NCBI RefSeq assembly: GCF_001194135.2 | Contig: NC_068983.1 | Location: 28,544,729 to 28,608,728 of the forward strand | Length of the DNA stretch: 64,000 nucleotides | Direction: 5' to 3' | From: Octopus bimaculoides | Taxonomy: Eukaryota | Shown here: positions 38,771 through 50,227 of the stretch, one piece after another | How positions within the stretch are numbered: position 1 is the stretch's first letter | How the letters are laid out: every line of letters starts with the position of its first letter | The notes under the pieces: generated by a model | Told to the model about the DNA's origin: nothing | Database searches by the model: none | Seen by the model: only the letters and a program-made list of their open reading frames with translations | Program-made: the position numbers and the translations under genes

Positions 38771-39028
38771 CTGTCTGTCTCGAAGGTTATAAAGGACACA
38801 GGTTTCGTGTGTCACATAGCTAGCTAGAGGCGATGGCTTCTTGGAGCTAATTCACGGCAGCTTTCGTCCTAATTTTGGGACTGCCATGTTGGCTTGGCGA
38901 TAACTATTAATTTCCAGTACCGCTGCCGTAGTCTCCTTTAGAGAGACTTAGAAATATTAATAACTCTATTTCTGAAAACCAGTGGATAGATTCCACTGAA
39001 ATTAGATAAATAACCTTCGAGCAGATAG
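38771..39028. mobile_element. Putative CpG-rich MITE-like element bounded by ~19-bp imperfect inverted repeats
   Basis: ctgtctgtctcgaaggttat versus ataaccttcgagcagatag (12-bp perfect core CTCGAAGGTTAT); the right end abuts an N gap. Confidence 0.35.
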
Positions 39029-39689
39029 TCANNNNNNNNNNNNNNNNNNNNNNNNNNNNNNNNNNNNNNNNNNNNNNNNNNNNNNNNNNNNNNNNNNNNN
39101 NNNNNNNNNNNNNNNNNNNNNNNNNNNNNNNNNNNNNNNNNNNNNNNNNNNNNNNNNNNNNNNNNNNNNNNNNNNNNNNNNNNNNNNNNNNNNNNNNNNN
39201 NNNNNNNNNNNNNNNNNNNNNNNNNNNNNNNNNNNNNNNNNNNNNNNNNNNNNNNNNNNNNNNNNNNNNNNNNNNNNNNNNNNNNNNNNNNNNNNNNNNN
39301 NNNNNNNNNNNNNNNNNNNNNNNNNNNNNNNNNNNNNNNNNNNNNNNNNNNNNNNNNNNNNNNNNNNNNNNNNNNNNNNNNNNNNNNNNNNNNNNNNNNN
39401 NNNNNNNNNNNNNNNNNNNNNNNNNNNNNNNNNNNNNNNNNNNNNNNNNNNNNNNNNNNNNNNNNNNNNNNNNNNNNNNNNNNNNNNNNNNNNNNNNNNN
39501 NNNNNNNNNNNNNNNNNNNNNNNNNNNNNNNNNNNNNNNNNNNNNNNNNNNNNNNNNNNNNNNNNNNNNNNNNNNNNNNNNNNNNNNNNNNNNNNNNNNN
39601 NNNNNNNNNNNNNNNNNNNNNNNNNNNNNNNNNNNNNNNNNNNNNNNNNNNNNNNNNNNNNNNNTGGTGTGTTTATGTCCCCATAACTT

Positions 39690-40081
39690 CTTGTTGTTGT
39701 TGGCACTCTGTCGCTTACGAAGTCGAGGGTTCCAGTTGATCCAATCAACGGAACAGCCTGCTCGTGAAATTAACGTGCAAGTGGCTGAGCACTCCACAGA
39801 TACGTGTACCCTTAGCGCAGTTCTCAGGGATATTCAGCGTGACACAAAGTGTGACGAGGCTGACCTTTTGAATTACAGGCACAACAGAAACAGGAAGTAA
39901 GAGTGAGAGAAAGTTGTGGTGAAAGAGTACAGCAGGGTTTGCCACCATCTCCTGCTGGAGCCTCGTGGAGCTTTAGGTGTTTTCGCTCAATAAACACTCA
40001 CAACGCACGGTCTGGGAATTCAAACTGCAATCCTATGAATGCAAGTCCTCTGCCCTAACCACTGGGCCATTGCGTCTCCAC
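39690..40081 (-). mobile_element. SINE family A with 11-bp TSD, inserted into a SINE B tail
   Basis: TSD CCCCATAACTT at 39679-39689 and 40082-40092; flanks rejoin to ggtgtgtttatgtccccataacttagtggtttggcaaaag. Confidence 0.9.
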
Positions 40082-41207
40082 CCCCATAACTTAGTGGTTT
40101 GGCAAAAGACCTAAAGCACACGATTTAATCCATCATATATATTTTCTTCCTTTTTGGTATTTTCAGAAATTATATGCAATTTTGTCCTACACACTGTCTC
40201 TTGTGTTGGTGTGTCTACGTCTCTGTAACTTAGCAGTTTGGCAAAACAGACCAATAGAATAAGTACAAAGTTTAAAAAAAGGGAAAAAAAGTTCTGAGGT
40301 CAATTCATTTGATTAAAAATTTTTCATGGCATTGCTCCAGCATGGCTGCTGCCTAATGACTGAAACCAGCAAAAGAAAGATAAAAGACAGAAGATATTAT
40401 CTAACAGGTAAACGATTTAGTCTTAATTTTTTTTTCCATTTTCAAGGTAGGAACACACCCAATATAATGTAAAGAATATGCTGATCCGTATTTACAACCC
40501 AAACTCCTGAAGCATAAAGTATAAATAAAGGAATTTCTGAACCATTGAGAGAGAGGGGGGGAGAAAGACGGAGGGGGAGAGGGAGAGAGAGAGAGAGAGA
40601 GAAAACAAATAGTATTTTTAAGCAACAAAATATTCCTTTTATGAAATATATTGTTAATGCCGTTAGGAAAACTAGTACTATCCTGCAAGTGCTTGTTCCA
40701 GAGCCAAGTAAACATCCTGCCACACACACACACACACACACATATATACAAACACATATATTTACTCATAAGTGAATATTTGCATACACACATGCAATAC
40801 CAAATATCTCTATGTATAGTGTACATACATACACACACATATAAACACAAATATATATAAACTCCAATATACTTACACAACTCTACATGTGTGCATACAC
40901 ACATGCTCTCACACCCAAACACGTATATACACAAGCAAGAACAAGTACGCCGCTTCCAATACACACACGCACAAATATACACACATATGCACATAAACAC
41001 AAACATCTATATGCAAACACACACAGAGATACAATGCAAAAACAATAGAGTGTGTACACACACCTGTACATATGTACACACGCACAACCTCAAATATGTA
41101 AATTTACTTGCACATGTATGTATAAACTAACATGCAAGCATATTTATACAGACTCACACAAACACAATATCTATGCATGTAGATACACACAAGCTCAGAT
41201 ATATATA

Positions 41208-41404
41208 CTCTTTTACTCTTTTACTTGTTTCAGTCATTTGACTGCGGCCATGCTGGAGCACCACCTTTAGTCAAGCAAATCGACCTCAGGTCTTATTCTT
41301 TGTAAGCCTAGTGCTTATTCTATTGGTCTTTTTTGCTGAACCACTAGGTGATGGGGACGTAAACGCACCACCATCGGTTGTCAAGCGATGTTGGGGAGAC
41401 AAAC

Positions 41405-41446
<42 letters not shown>

Positions 41447-41487
41447 ACACATACACACACNNNNNNNNNNNNNNNNNNNNNNNNNNN

Positions 41488-41532
<45 letters not shown>

Positions 41533-41775
41533 GAATTCACAAAAAAAAACAACAGACGGAGACAGGTGGTGTAGAAAACAAATAGATGTATTATTATAAC
41601 GCTCGGGAATTGAAAAAGTTTTTAACGTTTCGAGTCTACGCTCTTCCACAGAAAGAAACAAGGAGAGAAACAAGGAGAGAAAAAGAATGTGTGTAGTGGT
41701 CAGCGACAGGCTTCTTTCAGTTTCCGTCTACCAAATCCACTCACAAGGCTTTGGTCGGCCTGAGGGTATAGTAGA
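41208..41775 (-). mobile_element. SINE family B interrupted by a Penelope-like insert in its internal microsatellite
   Basis: Tail half at 41208-41460; head half resumes at about 41705 (gacaggcttctttcagtttccgtc). Confidence 0.85.
41530..41707 (-). mobile_element. Short Penelope-like element (second copy) with a hammerhead-like motif
   Basis: Minus strand ctttctgtggaagagcgtagactcgaaacgttaaaa (41618-41655); aligns over about 180 bp with 32152-32335. Confidence 0.6.
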
Positions 41776-42189
41776 AAAAAAAAAGCAATAGTATTTAATA
41801 ATAATAATAATAATAATAATGATAATAATAATGATAATAATAATGATAATAATAATAATATTAATAATAATAACAATAATAATCATTATTATTATTATTA
41901 AAATATCAATACTAAATTAATATATATGTACATTTTAATCGTTAAATTTATCGCATAAGCATTTTGCAACAAGAGTGGGAGTCTGGCTGAAATTGAAATG
42001 AAATGAAATTACATGTGGCCTCGGCAACTAGGTATTAAAAGAAATGGGGGAATCACAGTCGTTGAGTTAGTCACATTTGAATAATAATAATAATAATAAT
42101 TTAGCTGTTGATTCAAGAAAAAGCAAGTGACCGAGCTGTTGATTCATGAACAGCAGCAAAGAAATGGAACAATATGTGGGAATGCATTA

Positions 42190-42231
<42 letters not shown>

Positions 42232-42284
42232 GTATGTGTGTGTATATTCATATACATACATGTTATAGTTATATATTGTTGTAG

Positions 42285-42353
<69 letters not shown>

Positions 42354-43696
42354 TAAATCATTATTATTATTAAAAAATAATAAAAAAATACAACCAAATC
42401 CATGATGTTCTGGCAGAAGCTAGTATTTATATTCTATCCAAACAAATTAGCTAATGGCTTCAAATACAGAGATAGATATGAAGGAAAGAAAATACAGGTT
42501 TCTGGCTGGATGGCTAGAAGCAGGAAAATATCCAAACTATAGGAAGATTGAATGCTGAAACTTATCCAAATATTAACAATGGAAAAACTATAATTCCATA
42601 CTGACTTTATCAATAAAGTAAGGAAACGTTAACAAGCTTGTTTTCGTACTGATTCTCTGATACTTGCCAACATGACCAGCAATCATGAGTAAGAGCAAAT
42701 GTACTTAAAGTAGTCACAAAATGCTTCCAAATTTCTGTTATAGATGTGTATTTATATTCTGATTTTGGCTAATTTCTCAAGAAAGTTCTTCTTTCCCATT
42801 TGTTGATCCTCCAGTTTAAACTTTAAAATATTTTCTCCTCCTGTTCTTAGGCATTACTTTTCTATCTCCATAGAAATCTACTTTTGTCAAGCAATGCTAT
42901 TTCATATATAATCAATACTGGAAGACATAGGATGCATCCTTTATCAAGTAGGATATAAATCTGTCTCTGCTACCAGAGATAACATTATTGCTACCATAGA
43001 GCAATACATTATATATTGCCAAAATAGCAGCACATACTCTCTTTTATATCTGTCATGAAAAAATCTAGGCTTTCAAGGTTATATTCTGGGCGCTGTTATT
43101 GATTAAATTCTCTGCAGTTTACTAAAATGATTAAGGATTTCTTATTAAATAAAAATATATCAATACAAAGCTAAATTAGATAAATAAATTCTGGGCACAT
43201 ATAAGTTCTTCAAACAAAATATACAAAACATTAAGATCTAGTCTAATTATTCTTGCATATATCCTATCAAAAGATAATACAAATGGTAATCGTATTAAAT
43301 TTGCTTTCAGTCCTATTTCCCTTAGAAACTGAACAGTTTCATTTCAAAACAATATTAAAAAAAAAAAGAAACTATTTCAAAGTATTATCTAGTAGTAAAT
43401 AACTTAGAACTTAATATAGAGATGTGTATTTGATTAGATTTACTTCTTTTTAATTTTGAATTTACATTGGTCACATGACAAACAATACAGAGATATGCTT
43501 TATATTTTATATTTAGTTAAGAAGTAATTAAAAATTTGAGTGTTGATCAAGTAACCATATTTTAAATTGCTTTAAAAATGTATATATTTGAGATTTGAGA
43601 TTTGAATTAATAGTAGCTTACTAAAATCCCAAATTTGTCCAAATATAAAATCTGAAAAGCAGATTTCAATAAACTAAAGGTGGTTTGCATTATTCT

Positions 43697-44012
43697 TTTA
43701 TTCTTTTACTTGTTTCAGTCATTTGACTGCGGCCATGCTGGAGCACTGCCTTAAAGGGTTATAGTCGAAGAAATTGACCCCAGGACTTATTCTGTGTAAG
43801 CCTAGTACTTATTCTCTCGATCTCTTTCGCTGAACACTAAGTTACAGTAACATAATCACACTAGCATTGGTTGTCAAGTGATGGTAGTGGGGGAACAAAC
43901 ACAGACATACACACACACACACACATAAATATATACCTTTCAGTTTCTGTCTACCAAATCCACTCACAAGGCTTTCATGGGCCTGAGACTATAGTAGAAA
44001 GACACTGCCTAA
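43697..44012 (-). mobile_element. SINE family B, 5'-degenerate
   Basis: cttttacttgtttcagtcatttgactgcggccatgctggagc..ccactcacaaggc. Confidence 0.8.
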
Positions 44013-44166
44013 GTGAGACTTGGCAAATATTATTTAATAAATTCCCTAAATTCTATATTTGTATGCCAGAGTGAGACAAGAATCTTGATATTTCAAGATA
44101 AAACCTTTGCCAATAAGAGAAAATTTTATTCATATATGTATATAAATATATATTGAAAAAACTTAC

Positions 44167-44204
44167 TCTCTCCAAAAACTTAGCATGAAGAATTTTGTCT
44201 TCAC
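44167..44204 (-). CDS. Candidate 38-nt exon (phase 0-2 VKTKFFMLSFWR; alternative frame GEDKILHAKFLER)
   Basis: gtctctttgctgcag|GTGAAG...GGAGAGA|gtaagt; both splice sites are strong. Confidence 0.45.
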
Positions 44205-45025
44205 CTGCAGCAAAGAGACTTTATAATGTGTGAATTTTACTATAGAATATTTCATCAGGTGGAACTCTACATAATTCTTTTAACAATGAATAGGTTTAGT
44301 TCTATACAGAGGCAATGAGCTGATGTTCCAACTAATTTGCCTTTTCGTGCAGCTACTGAATATTCAATCATACAGTCACCTGTCTATCCCAGTATGGTGC
44401 ATCAAAGAAACCAAACACACACACACACAGAGTGTCTCTCTCAGGTTACTTTGTGTCATGAAACATCCTCAACCTTTCGCAATAAAATTAATTCAGTTTA
44501 AAATTGAATTATGCTGTTTAAGCACTCATTACCAGTCTTTTTTCCCCTTTTATTATAATCTTCATGGAAATGTGTCCTTTAGTGTTTGGGTTGCTAATAG
44601 AAAAGAAAGCGCTAATTTTCGATTTAATAGCTGTCATATGCAGTAACCAGAAGAAGGAATTAATGTTGGCGACATTTCTTCTACTGTTGATGCCATTCTT
44701 GTGATTGACAGAATAAATGCATTGCAGTTGATGTTTTTGGTGATTTTTGCATCTTCCAAATTTTTCTATGAGATTTTAGATTTGTAGGTTATTAAATGTT
44801 TTTATTCATTTAATTTGTTGTTAATGTTTAGGATTACTGACTGTATAATCAAGATTTCAAATCCTGCTATTAACATTTTGATCATAATCCATGTAATTCC
44901 AACACCACATTACATATATCAGTGTACTTAACAAAAATATTATTGCTTGATTACAGGCAGACTCAGTACCATAATGTGGTATCATGAGTAAATGTCTTCT
45001 GTTATAACCTCAGGCTGGCCAATAC

Positions 45026-45090
45026 CTTGTTAGGGAAATTTGGTAGAAACTGTGTGAAAGCCAATTTTATATTGTGAAAGATTGAAGATG
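45026..45090 (-). CDS. Candidate 65-nt exon (phase 1-0 SSIFHNIKLAFTQFLPNFPNK)
   Basis: gtattttgttttatgcag|CATCTTC...AACAAG|gtattg; only one open frame, phase-compatible with 44167-44204. Confidence 0.4.
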
Positions 45091-45120
45091 CTGCATAAAA
45101 CAAAATACAATGAGAGAGAC

Positions 45121-45240
45121 AGACAGGAAAGCAGAGAGACAGACAGAAAAGCAGAGAGACAGACAGAAAAGCAGAGAGACAGACAGGAAAGCAGAGAGAC
45201 AGACAGAAAAGCAGAGAGACAGACAGGAAAGCAGAGAGAC
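45121..45240. repeat. Minisatellite, 20-bp unit x6 (AGACAG[G/A]AAAGCAGAGAGAC)
   Basis: Direct read; two unit variants in the order G,A,A,G,A,G. Confidence 0.95.
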
Positions 45241-45407
45241 AGAGAGAATGAGTATGCATGGCTTGTTTGGTGAACCATACTGAGATAGATAAGAAATTAT
45301 ATGTTTAAATATGAATTGTTATAAAAAAAAAAACGATCTGAAGAATCAGGCGCTGAAACTAGCAGTCATTAGAATAAAGTGAAATTTTCAGTTACCGCAT
45401 GCACGAC

Positions 45408-45454
<47 letters not shown>

Positions 45455-45649
45455 ATGCATGTGTATGTCTACATTTTTTGCTAATGTACTCATATCAGTG
45501 ACAAAATCTATAAACAGTTACATTCCTGCAAAAATGCCTTGTGGTATAGGTCCACTAGAGTTACACAAATAATCCCTTGCTAGTCTTGCTATTAGAAATG
45601 CAGTGAACCAGTGAAACAATGGTCCTGTGATAAATTATAACCAATGAGG

Positions 45650-45960
45650 TTCCGTCCTTCCTTTCTTCCTCTCCCTTGACCATGTGGTTGTTGGGGCGTT
45701 TGTTGATGATGGCACAACCAGATCTTACCACTTCTCTTGGTCTTCTCCTGCCCTCTGTAAGTCAGTGGAAATGAGGCTTATCCATTCTTTAATGTTAACC
45801 TGGGCAATCACCAATCTTATAAGGGTTCTGGTCAGTGTGTCACCACCATGAATTAATCATGAGCAAGTTAGCTTGGTGGCACCCATTCCTCCCCAAGCTA
45901 TTAGCCACATTTGTATGCTTCTACCTGAGACATACATGCCTTGGCCTTGAACACTAGGTT
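45650..45960 (-). mobile_element. RTE-like LINE 3' end remnant
   Basis: The minus strand translates VNIKEWISLISTDLQRAGEDQEKW*DLVV.SS..AP, resembling the RTE C-terminal DNIKEW...L.R.A.DR..W..LV motif. Confidence 0.6.
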
Positions 45961-46184
45961 GTTGACCTAAGCAGGTTCCTCTGCTCTACCTGGTGACTCC
46001 TTGCAAAGACTTACCTAAAGTATTTTGCTGTGTTAGCACAATCTCTTCATTTGGTTTAGCCCACTAGCTGAAGTAGGGTACCAGGATGTGGCACTGGGAG
46101 CCATGGTCAGGTGAACAGGTATCACTGGTCCTCATTTAACTTCTAATCTCTCATCAACAAGGTTATTGTTCACAAAATGCCTAT

Positions 46185-46550
46185 TCATCATCATCATTGT
46201 CGTCGTTTAACGTCCGCTTTCCATGCTAGCATGGGTTGGGCGATTTGATTGAGGACTGGTGAACCAGATGGCTACACAAAGCTCCAATCTGATTTGGCAG
46301 AGTTTCTACAGCTGGATGCCCTTCCTAACACCAACCACTCCAAGAGTGTAGTGGGTGCTTTTACATGCCACCAGCACGAAGGCCAGTCAGGAGGTACTGG
46401 CAACGGCCACGCTCAAAATGGTGTATTTTATGTGCCACCTGCACAAGAGCCAGTCCAGCGGTACTGGCAACGATCTCATTCGAATGTCTTTATACATGCC
46501 ATCTGGCACAAGTGTCAGGAAGGTGACGTTGGTAACGATCACACTCAAAT
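46185..46550 (-). mobile_element. SINE family E with internal subrepeats
   Basis: (CAT)n cgtttaacgtccgctttccatgctagcatggg..ggatgcccttcctaac..; repeated gtactggcaacg units. Confidence 0.85.
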
Positions 46551-46624
46551 TTCTAATCCTGCTTAATATTATGACGAATATTATTTCTCTTGTGATACCT
46601 GCAATCACTAGAAGAAATACATGT

Positions 46625-46852
46625 TTGACCATTTAGCATTTAAATTGGTCATATCCTGTCCAAATATTCTACCTATTTTATGTTCGAACCAGCCAGATCT
46701 GGTCTCTCACATCTTAACTACAATGTCATTCTAAAAATATACAATCAAAGTCATCAAAATTTCAAAGCTACGAAATATGCATAATTAATACAAAACAAGA
46801 TGAATAAAGAAGCATTATGTTTGACAAAGAAATCTGAACGCTAAAGGGTTAA
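46625..46852. mobile_element. piggyBac-type MITE (copy 1, left end decayed)
   Basis: ttga-cca-tttagcatt ... gaacgctaaaggg-ttaa; homologous to 48961 and 54079. Confidence 0.8.
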
Positions 46853-47158
46853 GATAAATATATCATCCAGTTAGAAAAAATACTTCAAGTGACACCAACA
46901 TATATACAGATAGTAAAAAAAAACGAACACATTTTTTTTTACTTTCAAGTGAATGGTAAGATTGAAAAATACAATATATCTGTGTCATCAGAAGTTATCA
47001 AGGCCAGTGAACACTAGAACAATAAATCTTCTATTATTTCAAGCATCCAGTAACATAACTCTAAAAGAAATAGATGTGTTATGTGAAACCTAATTGAATA
47101 TATTGAATATAAAATTATACCCATAATATAGATCAGTTCAGGTTTTTAAAGAAGACAG

Positions 47159-47195
<37 letters not shown>

Positions 47196-47874
47196 TAGAG
47201 TAAAAGTGAGTAACTGTATGAGCAAGTGTGTGTGCACACATTTTAAGTGCACATCAAATCAGTTGCATCAAGTTTCACTGCACACTTTAACAATGCACAG
47301 TAACTCATATTTCATTATGTGTCATCCAGTTAAAAAAAATATATAATCCTTTTAAGAATTCAGATTTTCTTTTGAACTTTTCTCTCTCTAGAGTTATATT
47401 CATTTTTAAAAATTTTATTGTTGTTTTACCCTAATACTAAATCAATACAAAACTTTCCCTAGATTTCTTAAAATTCAATGCAAACTGAGTCTCATTTGTA
47501 AAGTAGATAACTTAAATTTATATTTTCCAAATGATGTATTTTTTTTTATGATTTCCTTTTAAAATCTAGTTCCTCAATTCATTTGTTTTCTTATAAATTT
47601 TAGTGCTTTTAATTTGGAATAATCCTCGAAGAAAAGCTATTTTTATTGCAGATTAATTCATTGTGTTAAGCAACAATATCAACAACAGTTACTCCACAAT
47701 AGAAGTTGTGCATATAGATTAATCTACACAAACAATAACAATTATGTAAGAACTGTTGGTGAATTTGCAGAGTTGTTTGATCCTCAGATAAAATGCTTTG
47801 CTATATTTACTCTGGCTCCCAACGTTCTAGGTTCAAATATCACCATAGTCAAATTTACATTTCGTTTTTCTAAC

Positions 47875-48325
47875 TTTGATAAGTGAAGAGCCAGTAAAGG
47901 CAGCTGACTGGTAGAAGTATTAAAGCCATTGGGCTGTGACCATTCTGGGGCACCATCTTGAAGGGCTTTAGTCAAATGAACTGACCCCAGAACTTACTTT
48001 GTTAAAACTAGTACTCATTCTAGCAGCCTCTTTTGCCAAACTGCTAAGCTACACGGATGTAAACAAACCAGCACTGGTTGTCAAGCAGTGGTGGGGGACA
48101 AACACAAGCACAAAAACATACACATTGAGACACACGCACACACACACACACACATATGTGATGGGCTTCTTTCAGTTTCCATTTGCCAAATCCACCCATA
48201 GAGCCTTGGTCAGTTCACGACAATAATAAAAGACACCCAAGGTGCCACACAGTAGGATTGAACTAGTAACCATGTAGTTGGGAAGCAACCTTCTTGCCAT
48301 ACAGCCACGCCTGTGCCTATATGCC
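47875..48325 (-). mobile_element. SINE family B, older copy
   Basis: ggggcaccatcttgaagggc..ggacaaacaca..gggcttctttcagtttcc..cacagccacgcc. Confidence 0.8.
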
Positions 48326-48519
48326 CATGCCAGTTCCTATTTATTTGTTCTGATGTTTTGTTTTCTGAGTTGAAATCCTGCTGCAGCCTACTTGAGTGGT
48401 TGATTTAATTCGTCATTCTGCTTAACCCCAATGTCCGGTTACTGAGTTCATTCTGTTGCAAGTACTCAGGCCAGGACCACGGTTAGAGCATAGCTTACTC
48501 CTTCCTGGAGCACTCTGTC

Positions 48520-48836
48520 AGTTACGACGACGAGGGTTCCCAGCTGATATGATCAACGGAACAGCCTGGTCATGAAATTAACGTGCAAGTGGCTGAGCAC
48601 TCCACAGACATGTGTACTCCTAACGTAGTTCTCAGGAAGACTCAGTGTGACACATTGTGGGACAAGGCCGGCCCTTTGAAATACAGGTACTACTCATTTT
48701 TTGTCAGCTGAGTGGACTGGAGCAACGTGAAATAAAGTGTCTTGCTCAAGGACACAATGCGTCGCCAGGAATTGAACTCATGATCTTACAATCGTGAGCC
48801 GAATGCCCTAACCACTAAGCCACATGCCTTCACTCC
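48520..48836 (-). mobile_element. SINE family C (with A-type tail)
   Basis: Minus strand ggcatgtggcttagtggttagggcattcggctcacgattgtaagatcatgagttcaattcc..gtccttgagcaagacact. Confidence 0.85.
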
Positions 48837-48848
48837 TCCCCACCTCAC

Positions 48849-48884
48849 TTGGAAGACCACAAACGTGTCAGCCATACCCACAAA
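48849..48884 (-). CDS. Candidate 36-nt exon (phase 0-0 FVGMADTFVVFQ)
   Basis: ttttgtttcttttactgcttag|TTTGTG...TTCCAA|gtgagg; not phase-linked to the next candidate. Confidence 0.25.
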
Positions 48885-48960
48885 CTAAGCAGTAAAAGAA
48901 ACAAAAACTACTTCCTATATTCCTAAACATAAACACTTCTCCAAGAGTTGACATAAAACT

Positions 48961-49188
48961 TTAACCCTTTAGCATTTAAACTGACCATATCAGACCCAAA
49001 TATTCTACTTATTTTATGTTTAAACTGACCAGATCCAGCCTCTCACACATACTCTACAATGTTATTCCAAAAATAAACAATCGTATTATTGAAATCTCAA
49101 AGCGACAAGATAATGCAAAATTAATTCAAAACAATGTGAATAAGTAATGATTACATTTGACAAAGAAATCTGAATGCTAAAGGGTTAA
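48961..49188. mobile_element. piggyBac-type MITE (copy 2, intact ends)
   Basis: TTAA-CCCTTTAGCATT ... AATGCTAAAGGG-TTAA; TTAA TSD and CCC-starting TIRs are piggyBac hallmarks. Confidence 0.9.
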
Positions 49189-49609
49189 ACCAGAATTTTC
49201 CTACACAATATTAAAGACTACTGATGCTGTTCCAATTTCCCTAACCCCACCTTTATAATGGTGTGGTTTGGAAGATTGGGTTGCATCCAAGGTCAGCTAT
49301 TGTGTGCCTGTGTTTGTGCTTGTGTATACTGATGTAAAAACAGTGCACAAAGTATGGCAAAAAGTAAAACTTAGCCACCTGATAAACAGAGATCAATACC
49401 ACTAGTACCAGAGATGAATAATTACCGGTGTTGATTTGATCAACTAAATATCTTGAAGGTGATCAATGCGCTAATTTGATCACTGTGCAACGAGTGAAGT
49501 CAGTGAAAGAATAAAAGGAAGACGAAGGCAATTAGGTCAGCAACTAATTAGAAAATTCATAATTGTATGTAAGAATGATGACTATATTGATACAACAATG
49601 TAACCAGGT

Positions 49610-49850
49610 GGAGGTACATGGTTTAGTGGTTAGGGTGTTGGACTCGTGATCATAAGATTGTGGTTTCGATTCCTGGACTAGGTGACTCGTGCTCTTGAGC
49701 AAAATACTTCATTTCATATTGCTCCAGTCCACTCAGCTGGCAAAAATGAGTAATGCTGCAATGGACCAGCGTTCCATCCAGGTGGGGAATATATATGCCA
49801 CGTAAACTGAGAAACCAGCTTTATTGGTCTATATGACACAGGAAGAATCA
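49610..49850 (+). mobile_element. SINE family C variant with an alternative tail
   Basis: Head and core as at 18020, but the tail reads ccatccaggtggggaat..gaaaccagc, shared with 52255. Confidence 0.75.
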
Positions 49851-50175
49851 ATGTAACCAGGAAATATAAGATCTGGAGATGTATTATAAGATACTAGTGC
49901 AGAGGCAAAGAAGCCTTTATATATATTCGAAGGTCATACTGAATTCAATGTAATTTAGAATAAAGTCAATTAAAGAAAATCATATTACAGAGGCAGAAAA
50001 AATATTTGATTATAATTATCAAATTGAGAAATACAAATTAAACTTTAAATGCAAATTCTAACAGTGAAATAAATGTTACATGAAGAGCAAAAATAAAAGA
50101 AGTCTAATGTTTTGGGCAGAACCAACCAATGCAGAGGAATGGTAAATGGTATTGAAGGATAAATGAAGGTTAGAA

Positions 50176-50227
<52 letters not shown>

